A DNA stretch of 49,369 bases, filler included, from Jimgerdemannia flammicorona (Eukaryota): the NCBI GenBank assembly GCA_003990765.1. It is 2 parts of 2 records of this genome, joined end to end, with 100 filler letters (N's around TTAATTAATTAA, not from the genome) between each part and the next. Parts side by side here need not be neighbours in the genome. Positions count along the whole stretch, not along the records: positions 1 to 24,637 come from RBNJ01000948.1; 1 more part is not named here. The stretch is one strand, 5' to 3'. The notes below the pieces were generated by a model. The model did not search any database. It saw only the letters and a list, made by a program, of their open reading frames with translations, and was not told the DNA's origin. Position numbers and translations under genes: made by a program. Each line of letters starts with the position of its first letter. The first letter of the stretch is position 1. Positions 1 through 11,568 of the stretch are shown in pieces.

Positions 1-29
<29 letters not shown>
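1..29 (+). repeat. poly(A) run at window start
   Basis: 29 consecutive A; possibly a retroposon tail at a contig end. Confidence 0.8.
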
Positions 30-32
<3 letters not shown>

Positions 33-494
33 CTCTAATTGAGAGAGTTTTTTCAAGTAGTAAAGATCTTATAGTAGCTAAAAGAAGTACTTTAGACTCT
101 GAAACAATTTATAAATATATATATTTGAAGATATAGTAATTAGTCTAGTATTTTAATAATAATAGCTGATCCTAAATCTTAAAATATAGTTAAATTTTAA
201 AATAATAAATAAATAAGTACTTAGATATCATATTATATATATAAGTACAATCCAGAACTTATAGATATACATATATACTATATTCAAATATAATTTCTAA
301 ATATATATCTATTATTATATTCAAATATAATTTCTGTAATTTTTAATTCTAATAAGATAAGTGAGATGTCATTATATCTATCTGAGAGTACTAAAGATAG
401 ATGACAAGCAGTATGAATAGCATAATATATAGAATTTCAAATATATTTAAAGTTTAAAAATATATATATTATATATACTTAGTTACTATATCTG

Positions 495-1165
495 AAATAT
501 TTATACTTATAAGTTTATAAATCTGCAATTTTGTGAGTAATAAGTATAAGCCCATAATTCTATAAGTAATAAGCATAAGCCAAGAGTTTCAAATATTATA
601 ATAAGTATAAGTCTACAATCTTGCAAGTAATAAGTATAAGCTAAGAGTTTCAAATATTGTGATAAGTATAAGTCTGTAATCTTATAAGTAATAAGTATAA
701 GCTAAGAGTTTCAAATATTATAATAAGCACAAGCCTGCAATCCTGTAAGCAATAAGTATAAGTTAAGAGCTTTAAATATTGTAATAAGTATATAAGTCTA
801 TAATCTTATAAGTAATAAGTAAAAGCTGAGAGTATTAAATATTATAATAAGTATAAGTCTACAATCCTATAAGTAATAAGTATAAGCAAAGAGCTTCAAA
901 TATTATAACAAGTACAAGCTTACAATCTTATAAGTAATAAAAGTCTATAAGTAATCTCATGAACAATAACTATAAGTCAAGAGCTTCAAATATTGCAACA
1001 AGTTCAAGTCTATAATCTTGTGAGCAATAAAAGTCTATAAGTTTATAATTCTATAAGCAATAAGTATAAGCTGAGAGCTTTGAATATTGTAATAAATATA
1101 AGTCTGCCCATAAGCCTATAAGTAATAAGTATAAACTGAGAACTTCAAATATTACAATAAGTATA
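495..1165. repeat. degenerate AT-rich minisatellite, ~61-bp period made of two subunits
   Basis: Alternating AATAAGTATAAGTCTACAATCTTGCAAGT and AATAAGTATAAGCTAAGAGTTTCAAATATTGT units, e.g. lines 601, 661, 721. Confidence 0.85.
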
Positions 1166-1238
1166 GATAAAATATATATAAATAAGCTAGCTTTAATAAT
1201 AAAAAACAAAACAAAAACTAAAAACCAAAAACCAAAAA

Positions 1239-1445
1239 ATGATCTTACCTTATAAAAAACTTCAATTCTATATCAATTATCTTTCTGAAGTCTTTGAGAA
1301 TATGAACAATACTATCAATAAGGTTGTCATCTGGTTAGATGATAAAGAATCTAAGACTGATAATGAATACAAGAAAAAGAAAAAGAAGATTGAAGAAACA
1401 ATTAAGCAATTTATCTTAAGATCTATATCTGAAGTTATCCCTTAG
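1239..1445 (+). pseudogene. degenerate ORF with Hsp70 C-terminal lid-like helix
   Basis: INKVVIWLDDKESKTDNEYKKKKKKIEE resembles the Hsp70 lid pattern (I.WLD.....EEY..K.KELE); short and by eye only. Confidence 0.25.
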
Positions 1446-1487
1446 ACTACCTCTGAAGTCTCTACTCTTGAGGCTTCTGAAGATACT

Positions 1488-1690
1488 ACTCAAGCCTAAG
1501 CTGCTACTCAAGTCTAAGTTATCACCTAAGCCCAAGCTACTGCTACTCTAGCTCAAGCTATCACCCAAGCCCAAACCACCACCTAAGCCCAAGTTACCAC
1601 CCAAGCCCAAGCTATTATTTAAGCTACCACCTAAGCCCAAGTCACTGCTTAAGCCCAAGTTACCACCTAAGCTACCCAAGCTACTATCTC
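1488..1690. repeat. degenerate ~18-bp tandem repeat (CAAGCCCAAGCYACCACC)
   Basis: About 10 copies with C>T variants such as TAAGCCCAAGTTACCACC. Confidence 0.75.
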
Positions 1691-1908
1691 AAAAACTAAA
1701 AATTGATCTTGTATAAGCTATAACAATTATAGAAAATATAGAAAACCATCTTGTATCCTTCTCAAAATCTGTCAATAACTCAATTTATTAATCTCTAATC
1801 ATTTACTGAAAAAGAGATCATATAATAATATATACTTACTAAATAGCTACTATTATAGCTAGATGTAGTTGAGATTAGAACCAGGACCAGGGTTACATAT
1901 ATATGTAT

Positions 1909-3480
1909 TGTAACAGTGATCCCAGAATGATGATATCAGTATAGAAGACAGTCTTTCCTTACAAGCTACCAGATTGGAGCATAAGAAGATCATACAGTAT
2001 ATAAGATAAGCAATGATAACCAACTATAAGTCATTGTGACCACAGTATAGGCATCTTGAGGAATATAAAAGAAGGATCAAGGAACTGTAGTAGTAGCAAC
2101 CAATAAGACTCACCAATCTCAAAATAGCTCAAAGACTTATGTACTATAAATGAAATGTCTGCTGCTTGCCAAACCTCAAGGTCAAGAAACCACCAAGGTA
2201 CCTCAGTTGAAGAAAGGATATTACAAGACATCAGAAGAGCCATGAGGACTCACACAAGAAGGACTCCTAGTGTCAACCTGGGTACTAGTAACTCTTATCA
2301 TTATATTCTCTACTGCTGTGAAATGGAAACAAGGATCACTATTGCAACTAAATACCTCTAAATGTAGCAGGAGTACAAAATAAGAAACCTCCTCTACTGG
2401 GAGTTCCCACAGGCTAGCTCTCAAGAGTTACAAGATGCCACTTCCATGGATATATGTGAAATAAGAATAGCTAAGAAGATCTATCAGATCTTCAGGTATA
2501 TACCATAGTTGATCCCTAACTTGGAGTATGTTAGAGTCTCAGACTTTAGAGATCTATCAGCCTACTGTATCAATGTACTAGAAGCCAGGGTGGCTACAGA
2601 AGCCCAGTCCACTATCACCCTCAATAGTAATGAAGTAGAAGACTTCTGGCATCCCATCCTTCAGAACAACTCAGACCAATTCCTGCAAGGATTGATCTCA
2701 GTATTCCAAGGCCCAAGCATTCAGATTAGATCTCCCCAAGACCCCACATTTGTTCTCTATTTTGTAGAAGAGAAACTCATAGATTGAAGAGCCCTCAATT
2801 TCTCTGCCAAATGTAATAATATCATTGGTAATGACATTATCCCACATGACATATGCAAAATGTGTGACCTATATAATGACAACAAGATGGATGAAACATT
2901 TATAGACCTCATCTCCTTTGAAGACATCCTGACCTCAGATGAGAAAGAAGTCCCTATGGTCCTAAACATTCTGCTCTAAAGTCTCTTAGTTACACTGAAT
3001 TATGCCAGCACTCTTTTCCTGTATAACAGCTATTCCTTTACTGGTATTCTGATATGACTCAGAATTACATATTTCAGCACCATTTTCTTGTATCACTAAA
3101 ATTATACCAGTATTCTGAACCTATGCAACTATTAATGACAATACTGGAACTTAGCAGTTTCCTATATTTAGGTATTTTATTTTAGTTATTGGAATTTATA
3201 TTTAGCTTTATATCTTAGCAACCATTGAATTATATTTTGTATAAATACCCCTCTTATTTCCTCTGAAATAAAGTCAGTTCCTCTTAGTATAATATATACA
3301 ATTCCTTGCAAGTAATCTAAGAGATAACAAAACAGTTTAAAGATAAGAAGTTTGAGGACTATAAGATCTTGGGAAGGCACTCCAATAAAAACTTGCTTAT
3401 AACAAACTTGAGTTAGTCTAAGAGATACATCTTGAAGAGAATCTGATATATTTGAAGAACTCAGCAACCACTACATAACA
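1909..3480 (+). repeat. 5' LTR of A1
   Basis: TGTAACAGTGA...CACTACATAACA; homologous to 9192-10737, 17978-19469 and 47924-49361; TATAAATA near 3240. Confidence 0.93.
2155..2979 (+). pseudogene. U3-encoded ORF of family A (~275 codons, unknown function)
   Basis: ORF-track pieces 2155 and 2509 are in one frame up to the TAA at 2977; the same frame is seen in five LTR copies. Confidence 0.75.
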
Positions 3481-3483
3481 ACT

Positions 3484-3500
3484 TGGTGCCCATTGGCTGG
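3484..3500 (+). promoter_or_regulatory. primer-binding site of A1
   Basis: TGGTGCCCATTGGCTGG 3 nt after the LTR end; primer tRNA not identified. Confidence 0.75.
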
Positions 3501-3599
3501 TGATTCAAGACAAATCTCTCACTTTCAAGCTGAAAAATAAACAATTCCACAATAACTACCCTGACTATAAGAGTCACTCCTGCAAGAATTCAAGATAAG

Positions 3600-6500
3600 A
3601 TGGAAATGTATTCCCCTATATTCTATGGATATACTACTGAAGAGTCAATTGTGACCTTTATTGAAGACTTTGAATAATTTGCCACTATATAAGCCCTTAG
3701 TATGGATACACAATTGGCCCTTCTACTAGTCAGCCTCAGAGGACCTGTCAGAGATAAGTTCAATGCAGCCACTATTGCTAATAATAGTGCAGCCAAACTT
3801 GCCAACATGAAGGCCTTTCTCAGAATAACATACTATTCTGAAGAGATCAAGCAAGCTCTCAAGGATCAACTCAACACTATCTGTCAGAGACTCAGTGAAG
3901 ATCTCAACTTATTCTATACCTGAATCTGCCATCAGATTGTCTTGGCTGGCTATGATGATACTCTCAGGGAACAAATAGTGGATTCAACCTTTCTCAAAGG
4001 AGTTCACTCTGAAATTGCTCTAGCAATCTAGTCTATCCCAGCTACACTGACTCTTGATCAGAAAGTGGTCTTTATACAGAGATATTAGACTATCAGACAC
4101 TCTGCTGAATACTTAATGAAGAAAATAACTAGCATTAAGATAGAGCCATCAAAGCCAATTAGTATCATACCCACCATAGTTGTAAACAGACAACTATCCC
4201 CACCTACCCTCAAGATAACCAAAGCTGACTCAGTGGAGAAACTCACCAAGCAGTTTCCTGAGATAACTGCATACCTTGGTAATGTTGTTAGAGAAGTCCA
4301 AAGCACTAACAGGAGACCAGTACAGAGATTTGCAGCTACCACAGAAGAATGTAATATCATATACTTCAGATGTGGAGAAGAAGGCCATTATGCAAAGAAT
4401 TGCATAACCAAAATAAGATACAAAGCCTAATCAAGCAATACTAGTAGAACCAGAGAACAAACCAATACAGTAGTCATTGAGGAGATTAGTGACACTGATG
4501 ATGAAGAATACTATAAGGAGTTTGAATTCTATCCTGTTACTAAAGATATCAGAATCTGGTCCAAGCTCTATGATAAGAAGAGCAACAGCAAGCCAGTTGG
4601 AAGATTAAAGAAGACTCCAGCTATCATTATCTAAAGTAAGACCCAATCCGAGGAGATTGATCAAGACATGGAGTTAGAGAAAGCTGTTTGCCAAATCATT
4701 GAAGACACTACTCCAGTCTCAGGAGAAAGCAAAAGCAAGAAGAAATAGAAGCTGTACAAGACCAAGATTCACCAGTATGATATCTACAAGGACCTCAAGG
4801 AACAGAAGGTCAATACTACTTTTGGACAGCTAGCCAAAGTTTCTGCCTTCAGATAGCAGTTGAGAGTAAGACTTGCAACTACTACCAAGAATCACAAGTA
4901 CAAGATTGTAGAAGCTCACAATGTACAAGAAAATGATTAAGAAGACTCAGGTGAAGAATCTGAAGACTAGCATAAGACATCAGCCTATATCTCATATTAG
5001 ATCGAAGATTATATCTTTAATGCCATTATTGATACTAGTGCTGGAGGATGTCTCATAAGCAAGAAGGCAATTAACCACCTAGGCTGAGATATTGAAGAGT
5101 CTACTAAGATAGTCTATATCACAGCAGATGGTACATGAGCTACCCCTCTTGGCAAAATCTGAGAAGTCTCTATTAAGATAGGAGGAGCTACCATCTCAGT
5201 AGATGTGATTATTACAAGTACCACTAACTATGATATCCTTATTGGTAATTAATGGCTTCATAAGGTCAAGGCCATCATTGACCTCAATGCCCAGAAGATA
5301 TAGATCAACTATAGAGGAAGAAAGATACAAGTCTCTATCAATGTCCACAAAGGAGTTCTACTAAATATGGAGGAAGGAGATGAAGAGGACACAGAAGTCT
5401 TCATACACTTGGTGAATAAGAACAAGAACAAGACACCCAAGCTCACAGATGAGCAGTGGTACAACAAGATCATCAATAACTATACCTCTTAAGAAAGATG
5501 CCCCCATAGTACTAGGATGTACTGCTCTGAACACCTGAATGACTGCTGGTTCTGTATCAGTAAAGTCAGGAAAATCTGCCAACAAAAGTATAAGCAAGAA
5601 GTTGCTGAAGTAAAAAAGAAAGCTGAAGAAGATGACCAGCCCCCAGAGCTTCAAGCTGACAGTGATGATGAGGAGGAATAAGAATCAGACATTACCCTCA
5701 AAGTCAAGAAGTTTCACCCTGAAGCTAAGATCCCAGAATACAAGACTGAAAGAGCCATAGGAATGGACCTTGCTAGTATCCAAGATACTACCCTTGAACC
5801 ACAGACCACCACTCTACTTGGTACCAGAATTGGAGTCAAGTTGCCAGAGAACCATGCTGGAATTATCAAGACTAGGAGCAGTCTGGCCAAAAGCAAAATC
5901 TCAGTTAAAGGAGGAGTAATTGACTCTGATTACACTGGTGAGATCTTCCTCATAGTCAGGAATCACAACCCCACCACTCTATTCAAAGTCAAGAAGTATG
6001 ACAGGATTGGCCAGATGCTGATCTATGAAATCAAGAAGCTTAAGATTACTGAAGCCATTGAACTCATCAAGACCAAGAGAGAAGAATAAGACTTTGGATC
6101 TACTGGAAGAGGAGCCTATACCACTACCAAGATTACTGAACTTGAGCACAAGAAAGACAAGGACCAGAACAAGCACACATATACCATTGGAGAAAACTTT
6201 CCCCTGGAAGAACAACTTCTCAAGATCCTGTACCAGAATGAAGAAGTACTTGCTACAGACTTTAGGGATATCTATAATTAAGAACCTAAGTACTATCATG
6301 AAGTTGACACTGGCGATACCAAGCCCTTCTACCAGAAAGCCAGATATATACTACCTGCCTACAGAGAATGGCTATGAGCAGAACTCAAGGAAATGAAAGA
6401 AGCTGGAATTATTAAGCAAGCTATTAGTTCCTGGGCTTCACCCATTTGTCCTTACCTCAAAGAAAGGAAGTAAGCCTGGAGAGTTTGTACCAAGACTCTG

Positions 6501-7629
6501 CATTGATTACAGGAAGCTCAATACAATCACCAAGAAGGATAGGCAGCTCTTACCAAATATTCAAGAAATCCTTACCACCCTTGGAAGTGAAGCCAAATAC
6601 TATACCACCTTGGATTTGTTCTCAGGCTTCCATCAGATTGGTCTCACTCAAGATGCCAGTGAGAAATCAGCCTTCATCACATCTGATGCCACCTATATCT
6701 ATCTGTGAATACCATTTGAAATGTGTAATGCCCCAGCAAGTTTTCAGTAAATGATGAACAGAGTTTTCAGTAATGAGATTGGAAAATGGCTCTTTATCTA
6801 TGTTGATGATGTGATCATCTTCAGTAATACTGTATGGGAATATGTCAACCACATACAGCTAGTTCTCAAGAAGCTCAAAGAGTATGGCCTCTACATTAAG
6901 CCTAAGAAATATAAGTTTATAGCTCAGAAAATCACCTACCTAGGACACCTCATCAATCAGACCAGAATCCACACAGACCCCATGAAGATTGAGGCTGTTG
7001 TAGCCTACCCAAGACCCAGAACAACTACAGAAGTCCATATCTTCCTTGGACTGGCCAGCTACTACAGAAGATTCATCAAAGAATATTCCAACATTATAGT
7101 ACCTATCTATAAGCTACTGAAGAAGGAAACCAAATTTGAATGGACCAAAGAATACTAAGAAATCTTCAATGAACTCAAGACCAGATTGACCCAAGCACCT
7201 ATCCTCAGAAGACCAGATTGGAACCTAGAATTCATCCTGCAGACAGATGCAAGTACTATAAAACTTGGAGCAGTCCTAGCTCAGAAGAAAAATAGACATG
7301 AATATATCATCTCCTATGCAAGCCAAGGTATCCACAAAGCAGAACAAAACTACAAGTTATGTAAGCTTGAATACTTAGCAGTAGTTTGGGCAGTAGACAA
7401 GTTCCACTACTATCTAGCTAAGAAATACTTCACTATTCAAACAGACTATTCCACTCTTGCCTAGCTATTCCACACTCTGAATCCTAAAGGAATATATGTC
7501 AGATAGATCTACAGGCTGCAAGAGTATGACTGTACTATCAAGCACTACTCAGGGAGAACTAACATCAATGCTGATGCACTCTCAAGGATACTCCAAAACA
7601 CCCCCATCAAGACTATTCAATATAAATAA
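3600..7629 (+). pseudogene. single-frame Gag-PR-dUTPase-RT-RNase H polyprotein of A1 (stops, one frameshift near 6445)
   Basis: Zn knuckle (Y)FRCGEEGHYAKNC ~4362-4403; PR AIIDTSAGG ~5020-5048; RT YVDD ~6799; RH LQTDAS ~7240. Confidence 0.93.
5690..6110 (+). pseudogene. dUTPase domain between PR and RT (A1)
   Basis: Motifs AIGMDL, RSS, GGVIDSDYTGEI, RIGQ, R...FGSTG. Confidence 0.92.
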
Positions 7630-8878
7630 GGAGTTATACTATGGATTAATCAGCTATCTTGGGCAGTGAAAGATACCCAACCACCTTGAACTCTGGACAA
7701 TCACTATCATCAACCAGACTTGGAAACAGTTTGAACTAGATAACACTATACTCAGAAAAGGAGAAAAGCTTGTAATATCTAAATACAAGAAGTATCAAGT
7801 AATGAAGGAAGTATATGAGCAAGGATACCTAGGAGGAATCAATACATATAACAAGGTAAGAAGAACCATATGGTGGTCCAAGATGGAAGAAGACCTGTGC
7901 CAATTTGTCAAAAGGTGTGATAAGTACCAAAAACAGAAATAAGATCAGTAAGACCAGACATCCAGGTCATTAATAATTGAGTCTATTCTCTTCCACTATA
8001 TCATAATAGATATTATTGGGCCACTACCAGTAACACTATCAGAAAACTGCTATATTATAGTTATTGTAGATCTCTTTACTAAATAGATAGAAGCAGGAGT
8101 ATTACAAGAAGCCAATGCCCTCTCTATAGCTGACTTCCTGCACCAAGAAATCATCTGTCACTACAAGACACTAAAGAAAATCACTACAGACCATGGCACA
8201 GAATTTGTCAATGGATTCTATAAGATAATATATCAGAAATACAAGATTCAGTACATCAAGACCACTGTATATCACCCTCAAGGAAATAGACAGATAGAGA
8301 GAATCAATAAGACTCTCAAGAACATCCTGGTGAAGATCTCAGACACATATGAGAATTGAAATAACTACCTCCCAACTGCCCTCTCTGTCTTACAAGACAT
8401 ATGATCACAGAGTACACACTTTACCCCAAGAGAACTGCTCTTTGGAGAAGAAGATTCTGATGGAATCTCAGCCACAAATCTAGACTTAACTTACTTAACT
8501 TGAAGACAGGTTGACTCAGAAATCTGGAGACTACACCAAATCAGGACAAAGGCTGAAGATTACATCATTAAGTCACAAGTACTGATAAGGAAGAATGCAG
8601 AAAAGAATCACAAGACCCTAGAACCCATCCAAATCAGAGAAAAGGTCCTATTATATTGAAATATGATAGAAGCCTCATGGTCACAAAAACTGGAGCCCAA
8701 ATGAGAAGAACTCTTCTATGTACAAGATATCAAGAGAACTATCTTCTGACTTAGAAAAATCTCAGAGACCATACTGCTTACTATAGTATATAGGAACAGA
8801 CTCAAGAAATACCATAAACCTATATAAGAGAAGCAAAACATGATGACTACCCATGAGATTCTAGTTTTCAAATTATAA
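7622..8878 (+). pseudogene. integrase of A1, in a separate reading frame
   Basis: Degenerate HHCC region (WWSKM..D...FVKRCDK), DIIGPLP, VDLFTK, TTDHGTEF, YHPQGN..IER, GPY/F-like tail. Confidence 0.9.
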
Positions 8879-9181
8879 CAGCATGTCCCATGACCAGCAA
8901 GCTATCTGTCTGGATTATTCTCTAAGGGATACAGTACCAGCAACTACTCATCTGTGAGACTTTTGAAGCTAGAGGAGTTTGAACCATCAACTGATTGATT
9001 AAGATTAGAATTAGGCCCTTGCTCTATATGAAGAGAGTGATCCTTTACCATCATGCCAAAATACAAAGAGAAGATACCAGCCTATAAACACTACTTTTCA
9101 ACCCCTTGCCAGAGGTTATGGGATCAGCAAATTTTTCAGGACTGGACCAATAAATAAGGACATCTGAGAAGATCCTTATTC

Positions 9182-9191
9182 AGGAGAAAGA
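9182..9191 (+). promoter_or_regulatory. polypurine tract of A1
   Basis: AGGAGAAAGA abutting the 3' LTR; AGGAGGAAGA in copy A2. Confidence 0.8.
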
Positions 9192-10737
9192 TGGAATAGT
9201 GATCCCAGAATGATGACATCAGCACAGGAGACAGTCTTTCCTTACAAGCCACCAGATTGGAGCATAAGAAGATCATATGATATACAAGATGAGCAATGAT
9301 AACTAACTGTAAGTCATTATGACCACAGTACAGACATCTTGAGGAATATAAAAGAAGGATTAAGGAACTACAGTAGTAGCAACCAATAAGACCCACTAAT
9401 CCCAAAATAGCTCAAAGACTTATTATAAATAAAATGCCTACTGCTCACCAAACCTCAAGATTAAGGAATCACCAAGATATCTCAGTCAAAGAAAGAATGT
9501 TCTAAGACATCAGAAGAGCTATGAGGACTTATACAAGAAGGACTCCTAGTGTCAACCTGGATACTAGTGACTCTTATCATTATATTCTCTACTATCATGA
9601 AATGGAAACAAGGATCACCATTGCTACTGAATGCTTCCAAATGTGGCAGGAGTACAAAATAGAAAATCTCCTTTACTGGGAGTTCCCACAGACCAGCCCT
9701 CAAGAGTTACAAGATACTACTTCCATAGATATATGTAAAATAAGGACAGCTAAGAAGATCTATCAGATCTTCAGGCATTTACTATGGTTGATTCCCAACT
9801 TGGAGTATATTAGAGTCTCAGACTTCAGAGACCTGTCAGCCTGCTGTATCAATGCACTAGAAGCCAGGGTGACTACAGAAGCCCAGTCTACTATCACCCT
9901 TGACAGTGATAAAGTAGAAGACTTCTGGTATCCCATCCTCCAGGATAATCCAGACCAATTTCTGTAAGAATTGATCTCAGTATTCTAAGGCCCAAGCATC
10001 CAGGTTAGACCTCCCCAAGACCCCACATTTGTTCCCTATTTTGTGGAAGAGAACCTCATAGATTGGAGAGCCCCCAATTTCCCTACTGAATGTGATAATG
10101 TCATTCCATATAACATATGTGAAATGTGCGACCTATGTGATAACAATAAGATGGATGAAACATTTACAGATCTCATCTCCTTCAAAAACATCCTGATCTC
10201 AGATGAGGATTAAGCCCATATCCTGAACATTCTGCTTTAAAGTCTCTTGGTTACACTGAATTATATTGGCACTCTTTTTTTGTGTAATAGCTATTCCTTC
10301 ACCAGTATTCTGATATAACTCAGAATTATTCCAGCACTATTTTCCTGTATCATCAAAATTATACTAGCATTCTTAACCTGTGCAACCATCAATGCCAATA
10401 CTGGAACTTAGCAGTTTTCCATGTTCTGGTATTTTATTTTAGTTATTAGAATTTATATTTAGCTTTATATCTTAGCAATCATTGAATTATATTTTGTATA
10501 AATATCCCTCTTATTTCCTCTGAAATAAAGTCAGTTCCTCTCAGTGTAATACACATAATTTCTTGCAAGCAATCTAAGAAATAACAAGACAGTTTAAAGA
10601 TAAGAAGTTTGAGAACTATAAGACCTTAGGAAGGCACTCCAATAAGAACTTGCTTATAACAAACTTGAGTTAGTCTAAGAGATACACCTTGAAGAGAATC
10701 TGATATATTTGAAGAACTCAGCAACCACTATGTGATA
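9192..10737 (+). repeat. 3' LTR of A1
   Basis: Colinear with 1909-3480; mutated termini TGGAATAGTGA...TGTGATA. Confidence 0.92.
9434..10240 (+). pseudogene. U3 ORF copy in the 3' LTR of A1
   Basis: 148-aa open segment 9521-9967 in frame with the ATG at 9434. Confidence 0.75.
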
Positions 10738-10948
10738 GTGTGTAAGAATTTCGAAAATATATATCAGTTATGTATAAATTTCAATTAGGTGTAAATTTTG
10801 ATTTGAATAAATTTCAGTTATGTATTTATATGTAAATTTTAAGTAACACATCTTTCAAATAAAGAACTGATTATCCTATAATCTAAGTTATTAAGAATCT
10901 TAAATTAATATTCAATTTAATTTGAATTCAATTTGAATACAAAAATCC

Positions 10949-10969
10949 TCAATTTATTTGAGAGTACTA
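10949..10969 (-). mobile_element. possible degenerate hAT terminal inverted repeat
   Basis: Reverse complement TAGTACTCTCAAATAAATTGA matches TAGTGCTCCAAACGAGTCAA (24487) by transitions plus one indel. Confidence 0.45.
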
Positions 10970-10986
10970 CTTATAATAATATATAT

Positions 10987-11448
10987 TGTGACAGTTGGTC
11001 TGAATTAGTAATATGAATTAAGAGAATAGATATTTGATTACAGTATCTGAATCTGATTCCCAAATATAATATAGCCTTATGAATAGTAGTTATTTTACAA
11101 ATATTAAAGTTTTAATGAATATTAATATTTTCACAAATGTCAAGATTTTACAGATATTAAGGATTAATACTTATGAAAAGTGACTTATAGGAAACATAGT
11201 CATAACTTAGTTACCTTATAGCTAGTAAACTTGTATATATAAATATCTCTAGTATCTAGAGTGAATAAACCTCAGATCTAAATAGTTTAAAGTAAAGAGA
11301 AAACAAGAGAACTAGTAAGCCTGTAGGCAGATATACTTCAAACTAACCCACTCCTATATCCTGAGAACTCTATAGAGTTAAAGAAGATCAAGTTTTCAAG
11401 ATATAGAAATCTGATATACTTACACAGTTATATGACTACTATATTACA
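10987..11448 (+). repeat. putative short 5' LTR of element C (~460 bp)
   Basis: TGTGACAG after ATAT; ends TATTACA just before the PBS-like sequence; TATAAATA near 11238; partner LTR absent so the 5' edge is inferred. Confidence 0.55.
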
Positions 11449-11568
11449 ACTTAATGCCTATTGACTGGTAATTCAAGATAAATCTCTCACTTTAAAGCTA
11501 AATGATAAATAACTACTACCACTCAAACAATCATATAAATCAAACTAAGACATCTAGATAAGATAGAT

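Larger units (their letters stand above)
1909..10737 (+). mobile_element. full-length decayed Ty3/Gypsy LTR retrotransposon, family A copy 1 (gag-PR-dUTPase-RT-RH + IN)
   Basis: Paired ~1.55-kb LTRs, PBS, PPT, domain order PR-RT-RH-IN; flanks GTAT/GTGT fit a mutated 4-bp TSD. Confidence 0.95.

Noticed and set aside
495..1165. CRISPR-like periodicity
   Set aside because: The intervening segments are themselves repeats, not unique spacers; no cas genes; eukaryotic context
5690..6110. Host, phage or DNA-virus dUTPase gene
   Set aside because: In frame within the retrotransposon polyprotein in every copy
8879..9191. Possible env gene downstream of integrase
   Set aside because: No signal peptide, furin site or transmembrane segment evident here or in the U3 ORFs; hydrophobic ORFs at 9136-9405(-), 17970-18191(-) and 31368-31631(+) are antisense shadows
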